A DNA stretch of 63,898 nucleotides, filler included, from Octopus bimaculoides (Eukaryota): the NCBI RefSeq assembly GCF_001194135.2. It is 8 parts of 7 records of this genome, joined end to end, with 100 filler letters (N's around TTAATTAATTAA, not from the genome) between each part and the next. Parts side by side here need not be neighbours in the genome. Positions count along the whole stretch, not along the records: positions 44,071 to 54,851 come from NC_069007.1; positions 54,952 to 57,637 come from NC_069000.1; positions 57,738 to 62,771 come from NC_069002.1; positions 62,872 to 63,898 come from NW_026382208.1; 4 more parts are not named here. One strand, 5' to 3'. The notes beneath the pieces were generated by a model that worked only from the letters and a program-made list of their open reading frames with translations, was not told the origin of the DNA and did not search any database. The position numbers and the translations under genes are program-made. Below, piece by piece: positions 50,341 through 62,903 of this stretch. The number at the start of each line of letters is the position of its first letter. The first letter of the stretch is position 1.

Positions 50341-51181
50341 TTCCCAGTTGATTGCTCAAGAAAGTGTAATAATAGTTGTTTCTGATTGGATCCTATGGAG
50401 GAGATACCTAAGGACTCAAGCCCCACAATCCTTCCAGGAATAATGGGTAGAGAGGATAAATGGGTGAATACACTCACAGACACATACATGGAATTTCCTT
50501 TCTTTGAAGATGGTAAAACATGATTTGAGGGCAAGTTGGCTGTTTTATTTAACAGGTCACATGACCAATAAGAGTTCCCCTTGTCTCTCTTTGAATTAAA
50601 AAGCTATTTTCCTTTTGCCAATTCTCAGAGATGTGTTTTGGCCCAGATAAATTCCACCCCAAATATCACATCTGCAATATTCTTCGACACATTCTTTAAA
50701 TTGCTTAAACCAAAACCAATTACAAAATTTTTCATTTAATTTAAAATATTCTCCACATTTTGGAAAACTCTTGTCACTCAACTCCATTACTGCTGGATCG
50801 TGAAAACATTTCAATAAATAACCATCTTAAATGGCCAACCAGTTTCTGTAAACATGCACTGAATACTGACACACACACCCACACACACACACACACACAT
50901 GCAGACACAGACATGTTTATATGCGTAAACACACACATGCATGTAAGTTCACTTTCGCATACGCTCAAATGCATACACACATATACACTCATGCAGAAGC
51001 ACACACACACACACACACTAGCTCTCTCTCTCTCCTTCTCTCTCTCTCACTAAGACACACACTCATACTCACACACTCTCTCTCTCTCTCTCTCACAAAC
51101 TCAGACACACACTCATACACACACACACTCTCTCTGTCTCTCTCTCTCTCACAAACTCAGACACACTTATACACACTCTCT

Positions 51182-51214
<33 letters not shown>

Positions 51215-51827
51215 GCTACCCCCTCTCATTCCCTTCTTTCTCTCTCTCTCTCTCTCCCACTCTCTTTCTCTCACAAACTTAGACACACTTTCACACACAC
51301 ACACGTGCATTCATGTCTCTCTGTGTCTCTTATACACCACACCATACATAAACACACACATGCTAACACCTCTCTCTTTCCCTTACTTTCTCTCTCTCTC
51401 CCTCTCTCTCTCTCTCCCACTCTCTCTATTTCTCCCCTTCCCCCTCCCCTCTCTCTCATTTACGATGTTCCATGGTGTTAAGTGATCTCGCTAAAATGCT
51501 TTCAAAACTGTCTTCAGCTCCGATTTATCTGTTCGTTTGTTTATATATTTATTCATTGGGTGAAGACATATTGAGGTTGTGGGGTGGGGGTGAGTAGAGG
51601 CAAAGACATTTCTGTGGGGTGAGTAGGGGGTGTTTCTTGAAACTATCATCATCATCATCATTGTATATCATGTCTTTCTGGAAGTCTTTTGAGATTTTGT
51701 TTTTTTATATATAAAATGAAAGTCAAGATTGACTGATTTTCATGGGGTTACTTATTGTTAGGATGTGTTTGTGTATGTCTTTATTTGTGTGTGTGTGTGT
51801 TTGTTTGTTTATTTACATATATATATA

Positions 51828-51916
<89 letters not shown>

Positions 51917-52699
51917 NNNNNNNNNNNNNNNNNNNNNNNNNNNNNNNNNNNNNNNNNNNNNNNNNNNNNNNNNNNNNNNNNNNNNNNNNNNNNNNNNNNN
52001 NNNNNNNNNNNNNNNNNNNNNNNNNNNNNNNNNNNNNNNNNNNNNNNNNNNNNNNNNNNNNNNNNNNNNNNNNNNNNNNNNNNNNNNNNNNNNNNNNNNN
52101 NNNNNNNNNNNNNNNNNNNNNNNNNNNNNNNNNNNNNNNNNNNNNNNNNNNNNNNNNNNNNNNNNNNNNNNNNNNNNNNNNNNNNNNNNNNNNNNNNNNN
52201 NNNNNNNNNNNNNNNNNNNNNNNNNNNNNNNNNNNNNNNNNNNNNNNNNNNNNNNNNNNNNNNNNNNNNNNNNNNNNNNNNNNNNNNNNNNNNNNNNNNN
52301 NNNNNNNNNNNNNNNNNNNNNNNNNNNNNNNNNNNNNNNNNNNNNNNNNNNNNNNNNNNNNNNNNNNNNNNNNNNNNNNNNNNNNNNNNNNNNNNNNNNN
52401 NNNNNNNNNNNNNNNNNNNNNNNNNNNNNNNNNNNNNNNNNNNNNNNNNNNNNNNNNNNNNNNNNNNNNNNNNNNNNNNNNNNNNNNNNNNNNNNNNNNN
52501 NNNNNNNNNNNNNNNNNNNNNNNNNNNNNNNNNNNNNNNNNNNNNNNNNNNNNNNNNNNNNNNNNNNNNNNNNNNNNNNNNNNNNNNNNNNNNNNNNNNN
52601 NNNNNNNNNNNNNNNNNNNNNNNNNNNNNNNNNNNNNNNNNNNNNNNNNNNNNNNNNNNNNNNNNNNNNNNNNNNNNNNNNNNNNNNNNNNNNNNNNNN

Positions 52700-52740
<41 letters not shown>

Positions 52741-53004
52741 GTGTATGTATGTATATATATATACATACATATATTATATATATACACATATATGTATATA
52801 TACATACGTACATATATTTACATAATTATATGTATGTATGTTTGTATGGAGATATATTTATATATGTGTGTGTGTACATATACACACTTCCATATATATG
52901 CATGTACATATTTGTATGCACATGTCTGGTTATATATATGTGTGTGTGTATATATATATATATATGTATATATATATACATGAGTATGTATATATTTATA
53001 TATG

Positions 53005-53051
<47 letters not shown>

Positions 53052-53329
53052 ATATATATATATATGTATATGTGTGTATATATTTCTATGTATGCATGTA
53101 TATATGTATACTTGTGTATTTTGATTCAGTGAACAAGTTTACATTATAGAAAATAAAGTACTCAATACTTCACAGATTGTGTTATTTTCTTTATTCTTTA
53201 CTCAAATATTTGTTAACCAAATTAATTCCACTTTGATTCTCTTTTAAATTGACCAAATTTGAAAAACGAATGGAAGCAGAAACAATTCTGTAAACTAGTA
53301 ACCTAATAAAGAATATGTCAGTGAGTGTG

Positions 53330-53369
<40 letters not shown>

Positions 53370-53547
53370 ATATATGTGCAGCTTATGCATCTATGAATGT
53401 ATGTACAAGGGTTTATATATGTGTCATCTTGTATGTGTATCATCATCATCATCATTGTCATCATTGTTTAACGTCCGCCTTCCATGCTGGCATGGGTTGG
53501 ACGGTTTAACTAAGGGCTGACAAGACAGAAGGCTGCACCAGGCTCCA

Positions 53548-53582
<35 letters not shown>

Positions 53583-53962
53583 GAGTGGCTGTGTGGTTGC
53601 TTCCCAACTACATGGTTCCAGGTTCAGTCCCACTGCATGGCACCTTGGGTAAGTGTCTTCTACTATAGCCATGGGCTGATCAAATCCTTGTGAGTGGGTT
53701 TGGCAGATGGAGACTGAAAGAAATCCGTCGTATATATATGTATATATTCGTGTGTTTGTGTCTGTATTTGTCCCCCACTGTCACTTGACAACTGATGTTG
53801 GTGTGTTTATGTTCTCGTAACTTAGCGGTTCGGCAAAAGAGGCCAATAGAATAAGTATTATGCTTACAAAGAATAAGTTCTGAGGTAGTTATATTCGACT
53901 AAAACCTCTAAAGGTGGTGCTCCAGCATGGCCACAGTCATATGAGTGAAACGGGTAAAAGAA
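53583..53962 (+). mobile_element. SINE family A, full-length with small internal deletion
   Basis: Both halves are visible. Confidence 0.9.
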
Positions 53963-53984
53963 TACAGGACTATATACATGTGTA

Positions 53985-54215
53985 TCATCATCATCATCAT
54001 CATTATTTAACGTCCATTGTCCATGTTGGCATGTATTGGATTTTTTGACTAGGGCTGACAAGCTGGAAGACCTCAGTAGACTCCAGTCTGATTTGGCATA
54101 GTTTCTACAGCTGGATGCCCTTCCTAACACCAACCACTCCAAGAGTATAATGAGTGCTTTTACATGCCACTGGCATGGGTGCTCTTTGTGTGACACTGGT
54201 ATCTGCCATGACTGT
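53985..54215 (-). mobile_element. SINE family C with (ATG)n RTE-like tail
   Basis: On the minus strand, 'ggaagggcatccagctgtagaaac' and '...catggacaatggacgttaaataatgatgatgatg'. Same family at 53445-53550, 54609-54851, 56923-56966, 57370-57560 and 58070-58310. Confidence 0.85.
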
Positions 54216-54585
54216 GGTTTTGCTCATCACGATTAGTCTTCTTCTCAAGCATGACATAATGCCAAAGGTCTCGGTCTTTGCCTCTGTGAGGCTCAAAATT
54301 CAAAGATCATGCTTCACCACTTTGTCCCATGTCTTCCTAAGTCTACGTCTCCCACAGTTAGAGATTGGCACTTCTTTACACAGTTGTCCTTGTCCATATG
54401 CATCACACCATCTGCCTTTCACTCTGAGTGAAAGGCCCTTTGTTTCCAATAAAGGCAGGAGCTCTCTGAACTTTGCCCAGCCTAATCTCATTCTCACTGC
54501 TACGCTCTCAGTACATCCATCTCCACTACTAACTTGGTCACCTACATAATGGAAGTTATCTACTACCCCTAACTTACCCCCCACT
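54215..54585 (-). mobile_element. RTE-clade LINE RT C-terminal fragment
   Basis: 'VVDNFHYVGDQVSSGDGCTESVAVRMRLGWAKFRELLPLLETKGLSLRVKGR' (FxYLG domain 7 plus thumb). Confidence 0.85.
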
Positions 54586-54608
54586 AGTTCTTAATGGACG
54601 TATACATA

Positions 54609-54851
54609 CATCATCATCATCATCATCATCGTTTAACGTCCGCTTTCCATGCTAGCATGGGTTGGACGATTTGACTGAGGACTGGTGAAACCGGATGGCA
54701 ACACCAGGCTCCAGTCTGATTTGGGAGAGTTTCTACAGCTGGATGCCCTTCCTAACGCCAACCACTCAGAGAGTGTAGTGGGTGCTTTTACGTGTCACCC
54801 GCACGAAAACGGCCACGCTTGAAATGGTGTCTTTTATGTGCCACCCGCACA
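54609..54851 (-). mobile_element. SINE family C, young copy
   Basis: 'catcatcatcgtttaacgtccgctttccatgctagcatgggttggacg...gctggatgcccttcctaacgccaacc'. Confidence 0.9.
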
Positions 54852-55009
54852 NNNNNNNNNNNNNNNNNNNNNNNNNNNNNNNNNNNNNNNNNNNNTTAAT
54901 TAATTAANNNNNNNNNNNNNNNNNNNNNNNNNNNNNNNNNNNNNNNNNNNNAGTCCTCAGAGTTTTTACTTTCATATTTTAAGACAAGTTTTAGCATCCA
55001 GTCCTCAGA

Positions 55010-55059
<50 letters not shown>

Positions 55060-55199
55060 TGAGTGAGAGAGCAGTGCATGCCATTAAAGTGACACTGGGG
55101 TAAAATTTATGAAGCCCAGTATATCTGTCATGACCACCCGTCTGACAAGGGTACACCAGGTACAATTATTATCATTATTATTATTATCATCATTATTAT

Positions 55200-55436
55200 A
55201 AAGGTGGTGAGCTGGCCGAATCGTTAGCACACTGGATGAAATGCTTCGCAGTATTTTGTCTGTCGCTGTGTTCTGAGTTCAAATTTCACCAAAGTCGACT
55301 TTGCCTTTCATCCTTTTGGGATCAATTAAATAAGTACCAGTTATGCAGAGGTCGATGTAATCGATTAAATCCCTTACCCTAAATTTGAGACCTTGTGCTT
55401 CCAGTAGAACAGATTATCATTATTATTATTATTATT
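55200..55436 (+). mobile_element. SINE family B, full-length with (ATT)n tail
   Basis: 'ggtgagctggccgaatcgttagcac...gagttcaaatt...gcctttcatccttttggg...aagtaccag...ccttgtgc...attattatt'. Confidence 0.88.
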
Positions 55437-56191
55437 NNNNNNNNNNNNNNNNNNNNNNNNNNNNNNNNNNNNNNNNNNNNNNNNNNNNNNNNNNNNNNNN
55501 NNNNNNNNNNNNNNNNNNNNNNNNNNNNNNNNNNNNNNNNNNNNNNNNNNNNNNNNNNNNNNNNNNNNNNNNNNNNNNNNNNNNNNNNNNNNNNNNNNNN
55601 NNNNNNNNNNNNNNNNNNNNNNNNNNNNNNNNNNNNNNNNNNNNNNNNNNNNNNNNNNNNNNNNNNNNNNNNNNNNNNNNNNNNNNNNNNNNNNNNNNNN
55701 NNNNNNNNNNNNNNNNNNNNNNNNNNNNNNNACCACCACCACCATCAGCCTCACCACCAGTTTTGTAATTTGACCTTGTAATAATGCCCCTCAACCGTCA
55801 CCCTTGTAGCAATAAATGAAATCATTATTAACAGAAATCATTATTATTAGGATTTTCTTCCCTTTAGAATTTTTTTTTTGTTTTACAGCTTTATTTTATA
55901 TGTCTTGTTTTATGATGAATTCAATGTCTTGCATTTTTTTTTTTTTTAAACATTCCATCATTTTGTTGTTGCTGTTCCTTAGAAATAAATTAAATATTCT
56001 TTGTATTACATTTCACTATTTTTTGAGGAATCAATTTGTATGTTATCAACTTTTTTATTATATATTTATTTACTTAACAATATTTTAGTTTGATATATAT
56101 TTTTGTATTTTTCTAAAAATTACAGGAATGTTCATCATTGTTTTTGATTGTTTTTCAAACAATTTGAATATCTACTTTTTTCATTCTTCTT

Positions 56192-56222
<31 letters not shown>

Positions 56223-56714
56223 TTATTATTATTTCATATTTGAAAGAAAGAACAAAATAATAAGACATTATGCCATCTTGAAGAATTTAATGGAATGTCT
56301 CCACAAATATGGTTTTCTTATCTCAAAAAATTAAAAAAATTCAGTGTCACTTTTATTTTTAATTTTATTCAATATATCATAAAAATGAAAAAAATGAAAA
56401 ATAAGATGTCAGCCAATTTTTCTCGCATTTTATTTTATTTTTAATGGTGGTTGTGAAGTCAAAGTGTTGTGTTTAGTGATTGTGCTACACTTCTATGAGT
56501 GAGGCACTGAAAAACTCATCTTAGTCCAGTTTGCCTGTCTGATGAACAGGAACCATTCCCATGTCATTTATGGATAGATGATAAGCAATAGGAAGAGAAT
56601 AACTAGCTGGTGTTATATTCATATATATATATATACACGTGTATTTGTGATTCAATGTGTGTTTGTAGGTATATATATGTATACATACACACATGCAAAT
56701 GTATATTCTTTTAT

Positions 56715-56915
56715 TCTTTTACTTGTTTCAGTCATTTGACTGTAGCTATGCCAGAGCACTGCCTTTAGTCGAACAAATTGACCCCAGAACTTATTCTTTG
56801 TAAGCCTAGTACTTACTTATTCTATCGGTCTCTTTTGCTGAACCACTAAGGTACGGAGACATAAACACAAGAACATTGGTTGTCAAGCGATAGTGGGGTG
56901 ATAAACAGACACATA
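56715..56915 (-). mobile_element. SINE family A, 3' half
   Basis: Similar to 21246-21447. Confidence 0.88.
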
Positions 56916-57757
56916 AATGCATACATCATCATCATCATCATCATCGTTTAACGTCCGCTTTCCATGNNNNNNNNNNNNNNNNNNNNNNNNNNNNNNNNNN
57001 NNNNNNNNNNNNNNNNNNNNNNNNNNNNNNNNNNNNNNNNNNNNNNNNNNNNNNNNNNNNNNNNNNACACAGTGCATGATAATGGATCTTTGTTATTACT
57101 GGTACAGTGGGCTTCTACACAATTTCTGATTACCTAACTTTACTTACAAAGCTTCAGGTAACCTAAAAACAACCTGAGTGGAAAGCTAACTTCTTAATCA
57201 CAAAGCTATGCCTACTTCTTACGTTTCAATAATAGTGATCCCATCACTACCATTTCTAGTCTTCCAGCTTGTCCTACTCATCCTTATATAATGTTGGGTA
57301 GCTTTGTATCTCTATGGCAAAACACCTGGGTTTGTCTTTTTCCTTTTATTGCAAGTTATTTGGCAACTTCACTAGTGCTGGTGCCACATAAAAAGCACCC
57401 ACTAAGTACACGCTTGGTGTAGAAACCATGGAGCTTGGTGTGGCCCTGTGGCTTGCCAGATCCTATCAAACCAACCAGCTTATGACAGCATGGAAAACGG
57501 ATGTTAATTTTTGTTAGTGTTGATGGTGGTGGTGATGATGATGATGATGATGATGATGCTGTGCAGAAATTAATCAAGATATTTACAGTATACACCCACC
57601 ATCACCATCCTTAACCACCACCACCACCACCACCACCNNNNNNNNNNNNNNNNNNNNNNNNNNNNNNNNNNNNNNNNNNNNTTAATTAATTAANNNNNNN
57701 NNNNNNNNNNNNNNNNNNNNNNNNNNNNNNNNNNNNNTATATATGTATATATATGTA

Positions 57758-57978
57758 TATATATGTGTTTGTGTGTCTGTGTTTGTCCCCCCAACATCGC
57801 TTGACAACCGATGCTGGTGTGTTTATGTCCTCGTAACTTAGCGGTTCGGCAAAAGAGACCGATAGAATAAGTACTAGGCTTCCAAAGAATTTGTCCTGGG
57901 GTCGATTTGCTCGACTAAAGGCGGTGCTCCAGCATGGCCGCAGTCAAATGACTGAAACAAGTAAAAGAGTAAAAGAGT
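57758..57978 (+). mobile_element. SINE family A, 3' half (young)
   Basis: Nearly identical to the inverse of 43396-43600. Confidence 0.92.
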
Positions 57979-58004
57979 AAGTACCAATAAGCAACAATTT
58001 CATT

Positions 58005-58032
58005 CCCGGGCAACGCCGGGTGGCTCTGCTAG
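58005..58032 (+). mobile_element. Canonical Helitron 3' terminus (solo)
   Basis: Hairpin cccgg-gcaacg-ccggg, 8-nt spacer, CTAG (58029-58032), followed by T. Confidence 0.75.
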
Positions 58033-58069
58033 TATATTATATATACATACAGATATATGTGTTATACAA

Positions 58070-58310
58070 ATGGCACTCGTGCCAGTGACATGTAAAAGCA
58101 GCCAAGTGTCCTGCAAATGGCATATAAAAACACCCATTATACTCTTGGAGTGGTTGGTGTTAGGAAGGGCATCCAACTATTGAAAACCATGCCAAATCAG
58201 ACAGGTGTCTGGTGCAGTCTTCCAGTGTGCTAGCGCAGTCAAACTGTCCAATCCATGCCAGCATGGACAATGGACGTTAAATGATGATGATGATGATGAT
58301 GATGATGACA
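58070..58310 (+). mobile_element. SINE family C
   Basis: 'ggttggtgttaggaagggcatcc...ccatgccagcatggacaatggacgttaaatgatgatg'. Confidence 0.85.
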
Positions 58311-58315
58311 CATAT

Positions 58316-58432
58316 AGTGAAGGTGCATAATGGCTCAGTGGTTGGAGCATCAGGCTTGCAATCACAAGGTAGTGAGTTTGATTCCCAGACTGGGCTGTGT
58401 GTTGTGTTCTTGAGCAAGACACTTTATTTCAC
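58316..58432 (+). mobile_element. tRNA-derived SINE head (another family)
   Basis: A box-like tggctcagtgg, B box-like gagtttgattcc, then 'tgtgttgtgttcttgagcaagacactttatttcac'. Confidence 0.7.
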
Positions 58433-59742
58433 TTAGTGGTCATCCCTTCTTATATGCATGTAATACAATTTTTCTGAATTTTCAGATTTTTTATATGCTA
58501 GGCCATTATATTCAATTTATCACCCTCAGTATATAAATACACACACACATATACATGTCTTATCATGTTTGATGCTTTATCCAAAGATTTCTTTTGATTC
58601 AACTTTCGTGAGAATGGTCCTGGAGCGTTCTCTTTACATTCCTGCAACTAACTACCACAAGTTTGGTAGCTTACACTTATACATTTGCTAACAAGCATTC
58701 CTACAATTTAGAGTTCTATTCCTTTGTTTCCTCACAACTTTCTGAAAAATGCATGTTTTTAAAACAGAATTTTCAAGAAATGCATTTCTGAAGATGTAGA
58801 CTTTGATTACGTTTGATAAAATAAAAATTAATTTTTGAAGGAGTTTTGAATTATTCTTCTCGACTTTGTTTTCTCATATCTATCTTTTTCTAAAAAAAAA
58901 AAAAATGTATATTTTAAAATTACATTTTTCAGAAATACGTTTATAGGAATGTAGAGTATGCAATTTTGATGTTTGAAAGATTGAAATCTGGAAATAAAAA
59001 TTTAAAATTTCTAAAGTTACAGAAATTGGTCGGGAGGGCAGGAATGAGTAAGATCGACCCAAAACTCCCCCAGTTTTTTTTTTTTTTTTTTACATTTTAT
59101 CAACTTAATGGTAACCGACACCCTCGAAATAATTTTTATACAGAATGTCATTTAAAAATACATATTTTTAAAGAGAGTTGTGAGGAAGCGAAATCAGGAG
59201 TGGAGTGCAGCCAAATGATCTAAAACTCTGAGATTTAGATCAAATTAAGAACAGCAGTCTACACCCTCGGAATAATGTCTCTTCAAAATTACATTTAAAA
59301 AATATGCATTTCTTATAAAATTATAAAGAAACAGGTGAGGTCCTAAAGTGTAGGTATGCCCCAATTGATAATGAAATTAGGCCACATTAAAAGAGGGAAA
59401 GAGAGAGAAAAACAATATTTCAGCAGCCGCTCTTTTCAAATTTCCAATAATTTTTCTTAACATTAAAATAGTATAAATAAATCACAACAGATTGAGATAA
59501 AGATCGATCATAACCAAATGGATACAATTATTGTGTGTGTGTGTGAAAGGATGTTGTTTCTCAATAAATTCTACATCGATGGTTAAGTGCGATCACTGAA
59601 TTAATTAACCGTCGCAGATATGTTTAATATGTTCGAACGTGATGTAAATTAAAGAAGCCTTGTATCATAACGGAATCGGTGAATGGAAGAAATAAGATAT
59701 TAAATGCTGTAATTATTATTATCATTATTGTTGTTGTTGTTG

Positions 59743-59776
<34 letters not shown>

Positions 59777-60712
59777 AGAATCGCAGCGAAGGAAATCTTG
59801 TAATAAATAAATACATCAATAAACAGAAGAAACAGAGAGAGAGAGAGAGGGAAAGTAGCAGCGATCTACCATTGATTGTTGCAGAGGATTTTTTGAACCG
59901 TGACGCAAAACTATTAATGGTCAAAACAATGCGAAAAATATCCAATCTTGTTTGGATATTTTAATGACATGTTTTTTTAAACCTAATTATGGATCAATTA
60001 AGAAATACGATTTTTTTTTTCCGTGTAAGAGATAATCCGATATCTTAAATATTTTTTTCATCTAATGAGAGAATGCTACGCAAAAAAAATCAATTTCCTG
60101 CAGGTAAATAAATATAGAGACAGGTTTCTGTGATTTGATGGCAATCATGTTTATATTGTAGAGATGTTTAACGAAAAATAACAACAGAAGAACGAAACCT
60201 AAAACAGATGAATATATTATGATTGATTTCTCGAAGATGTTTTGACTCAGTAGTTAGTGTATTTCTATAATTTACTATTGTAGTCATTAAGGCAATTTAT
60301 GATAATATATAATAGACAAGAGGCCAGACCGGCCAGGTAAATTTAAGATGTTACATGAAAAATCAAAGCAGAAGACTAATTAATTAGTGCAATTAAAAAG
60401 GAAACTAAAAAAAAAAAATCCAAATATGATTGCGAATTAAGATGTCAAAGAAATAACCAGGTGTTGCTGACCGCATTTTAAAGTGGTTGGAACTACCTCA
60501 CCATTATTCTACTTTGAACCAAGTGTCATCTATTAAGACAGCACATCTAGCCCTATTATCAATTCTTTCTATTGCATTTCACACCTGATGCTGTAATTCC
60601 ATAACAACTATGATATTGGACATCTCAGTCTTCTCTTCATCTTTATTTTAAACAACACATTCTAAAGAAGAAGAAAAAAAACCCCAGCATCTTTTTGCTT
60701 ATTAATTCGAAT

Positions 60713-60970
60713 ATGTACTGTTCTTTACGTTGGTTACTCATGTCATCCTATACTTTGACCATAATTGTGTTACTATCTTTGGTAACTATGCCTCCAACAA
60801 CGGCTTTGAAACATAAGAATCTTACAATTGGTACGATTTTCCCTATGACTGGAGGCTGGGCCGGTGGTAAAGCCTGTCTTCCAGCAGTGAAGATGGCTTT
60901 GGACGACATTAATAAAAGACATGATGTTCTTCCTGATTATAACTTAGAGATGGACTACAAAGATAGCCAG
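60713..60970 (+). CDS. GABBR1: First coding exon of GABA-B receptor subunit 1-like class C GPCR (signal peptide plus start of Venus flytrap domain)
   Basis: MYCSLRWLLMSSYTLTIIVLLSLVTMPPTTALKHKNLTIGTIFPMTGGWAGGKACLPAVKMALDDINKRHDVLPDYNLEMDYKDSQ matches remembered GABBR1 '[40 protein letters not shown]...DSK' far better than GABBR2. Strong donor CAG|GTAAGA at 60971, phase 0. Confidence 0.92.
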
Positions 60971-61530
60971 GTAAGACCCCAACAGACATTTTTATCTTTA
61001 GATTATATATTTATTTCTCGGCTCACTTTTTAAAAATTAAATACAATAAAACGAAAAACACCCCCATCACAGTACTTCATCAATTAACTTTCGATTGAAT
61101 ATATATTTATTTTTATCGTTTATGGTGTTTCTAATGATTTCTTTATAAAAAATATACATTTCTCATTATTATATACGAGAAGCTTCTATGAGGTCGATCG
61201 ATTTGCTCGAAATAGCAGCGAAATCTTAAAAATCATATCCTCGCCGTCTTAGAAAATGGAAGGTGGAAATACGTTGCATAATGCGGTCCTGGGTACATCT
61301 GTATCTAGGAAAAAGATGGAATGGTCACGGCTGAAATGTCTTTGATCATAGGCCTGCTTTCAACAAGGTTGACCTCTGGTTGTACACCCCACCTCAAAAA
61401 AACGTTCTCTTAATTGCTTTGCGTAGTTTTGTGAAGGTGTATGGATATGCTATATTACTTTCTCTTATTTGGTTATCGATTTTTAATCAATATTCAAAGT
61501 CATATTATTTCACCGAGGAAAGCTAAAATT

Positions 61531-61578
<48 letters not shown>

Positions 61579-62229
61579 TGTGATATTATATTATATATAA
61601 AAGTTTGTTCAAAACTTAGCCGTCAAAATTAATTTTATTATTGATTTTGTGTGAATCATGACAACGGCGTGTCTACCCCCACTGAGATCAGAAAGAGAGA
61701 TTTAAGAAAAGAAAAAAAAATCACGAAATGTTGCGTGAAAATATTATTGAGGAGAATGCATGGGAGAGAAAGAGAGAGAGAGAGAGAGAAGAACTGCTGT
61801 AGGATAAACAAACAAAAGTCGACAGTTTTACGGTCAAATGCGTGATTAAATAACTTGTATGAAGGTAGGGAAAGTAGCTGTGTCACCAGAAATAATTGCT
61901 GAAATGCTGAAAATAGCTGGCGCTGCCGACAGGACGTGCGAGTCACTCACCTTGTCAATCAGGTAGGTAGTCTACAGGTAGGTGTTACATGTAATGAGTG
62001 GCAATACTGTATCACAGTTGATTGCAGCAAGGGTCAAGAAGATGCAGTTGGAAGGAGTAATTACAGAGGTGTCGAATTGACGGACAATGTTTATAAACAG
62101 TAACGGAAGGAAAAAGAACACAATAGATTAAGTAGAGAATTGACTTAGTCGTGAATATTGGGTAATGACTCATAGAGTATAATCGCAAATACAAGCGGAC
62201 GAGATGAGGTACCTCTGAAAGATCTCTGG

Positions 62230-62420
62230 AGTAACATCACTTGTCAGGATGTGAAGCTCGGAGACCAAGGAATCACAATTTGTCCATATAGAGAAGCCGC
62301 TATGGACATGTGATCAGGGTGTTGCAGAAATGAATCACAAGTTGGATTCATCAGGTTAAGCCAACTGGTATGAGACTTAGGGGTAGACCAAAAACAAGAT
62401 GGTTGGATAACATCCGTAGA
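62230..62420 (+). mobile_element. RTE-clade LINE C-terminal fragment
   Basis: 'RYGHVIRVLQK*...KPTGMRLRGRPKTRWLDNI', same family as 50218-50340. Confidence 0.75.
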
Positions 62421-62424
62421 CACC

Positions 62425-62600
62425 GGCATGGCTGTGTGGTAAGAAGCTTGCTTCCCTACCACATGGTTCCGAGTTCAGTCCCATTGCATGGCACCTTAGA
62501 CAAGTGTCTTCTACTATAGCCTTGGACCAACCAAAGCCTTTTGAGTGGATTTGGTAGACGGAAACTGAAAGAAGCCCATCGTATATATATATATATATAT
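62425..62600 (+). mobile_element. SINE family A, 5' half
   Basis: 'ggctgtgtggtaagaagcttgc...gagttcagtccc...gtggatttggtagacggaaactgaaagaagccc'. Confidence 0.9.
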
Positions 62601-62871
62601 TACGGAGATGTACTTGCATAGCAAGTGACCTGATCTGAGATCGTGTGCTGGAACGAAAACAATTGCAGCGTGGAAGGTGTTTATAAGCCATTTAAAATAA
62701 CACACAAAATCCGTTAGATTCACTTCAGCATTTAAATTTAATTTGTTAAAATATTTTCGTCACTTTGAGACNNNNNNNNNNNNNNNNNNNNNNNNNNNNN
62801 NNNNNNNNNNNNNNNTTAATTAATTAANNNNNNNNNNNNNNNNNNNNNNNNNNNNNNNNNNNNNNNNNNNN

Positions 62872-62903
<32 letters not shown>

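Noticed and set aside
50596-50814. Minus-strand Cys/Trp-containing 72-aa ORF
   Set aside because: No recognisable domain and a weak splice context.
58316-58400. Functional tRNA gene
   Set aside because: The acceptor and anticodon stems do not pair well, the B box is degenerate, and the sequence continues into a SINE core.
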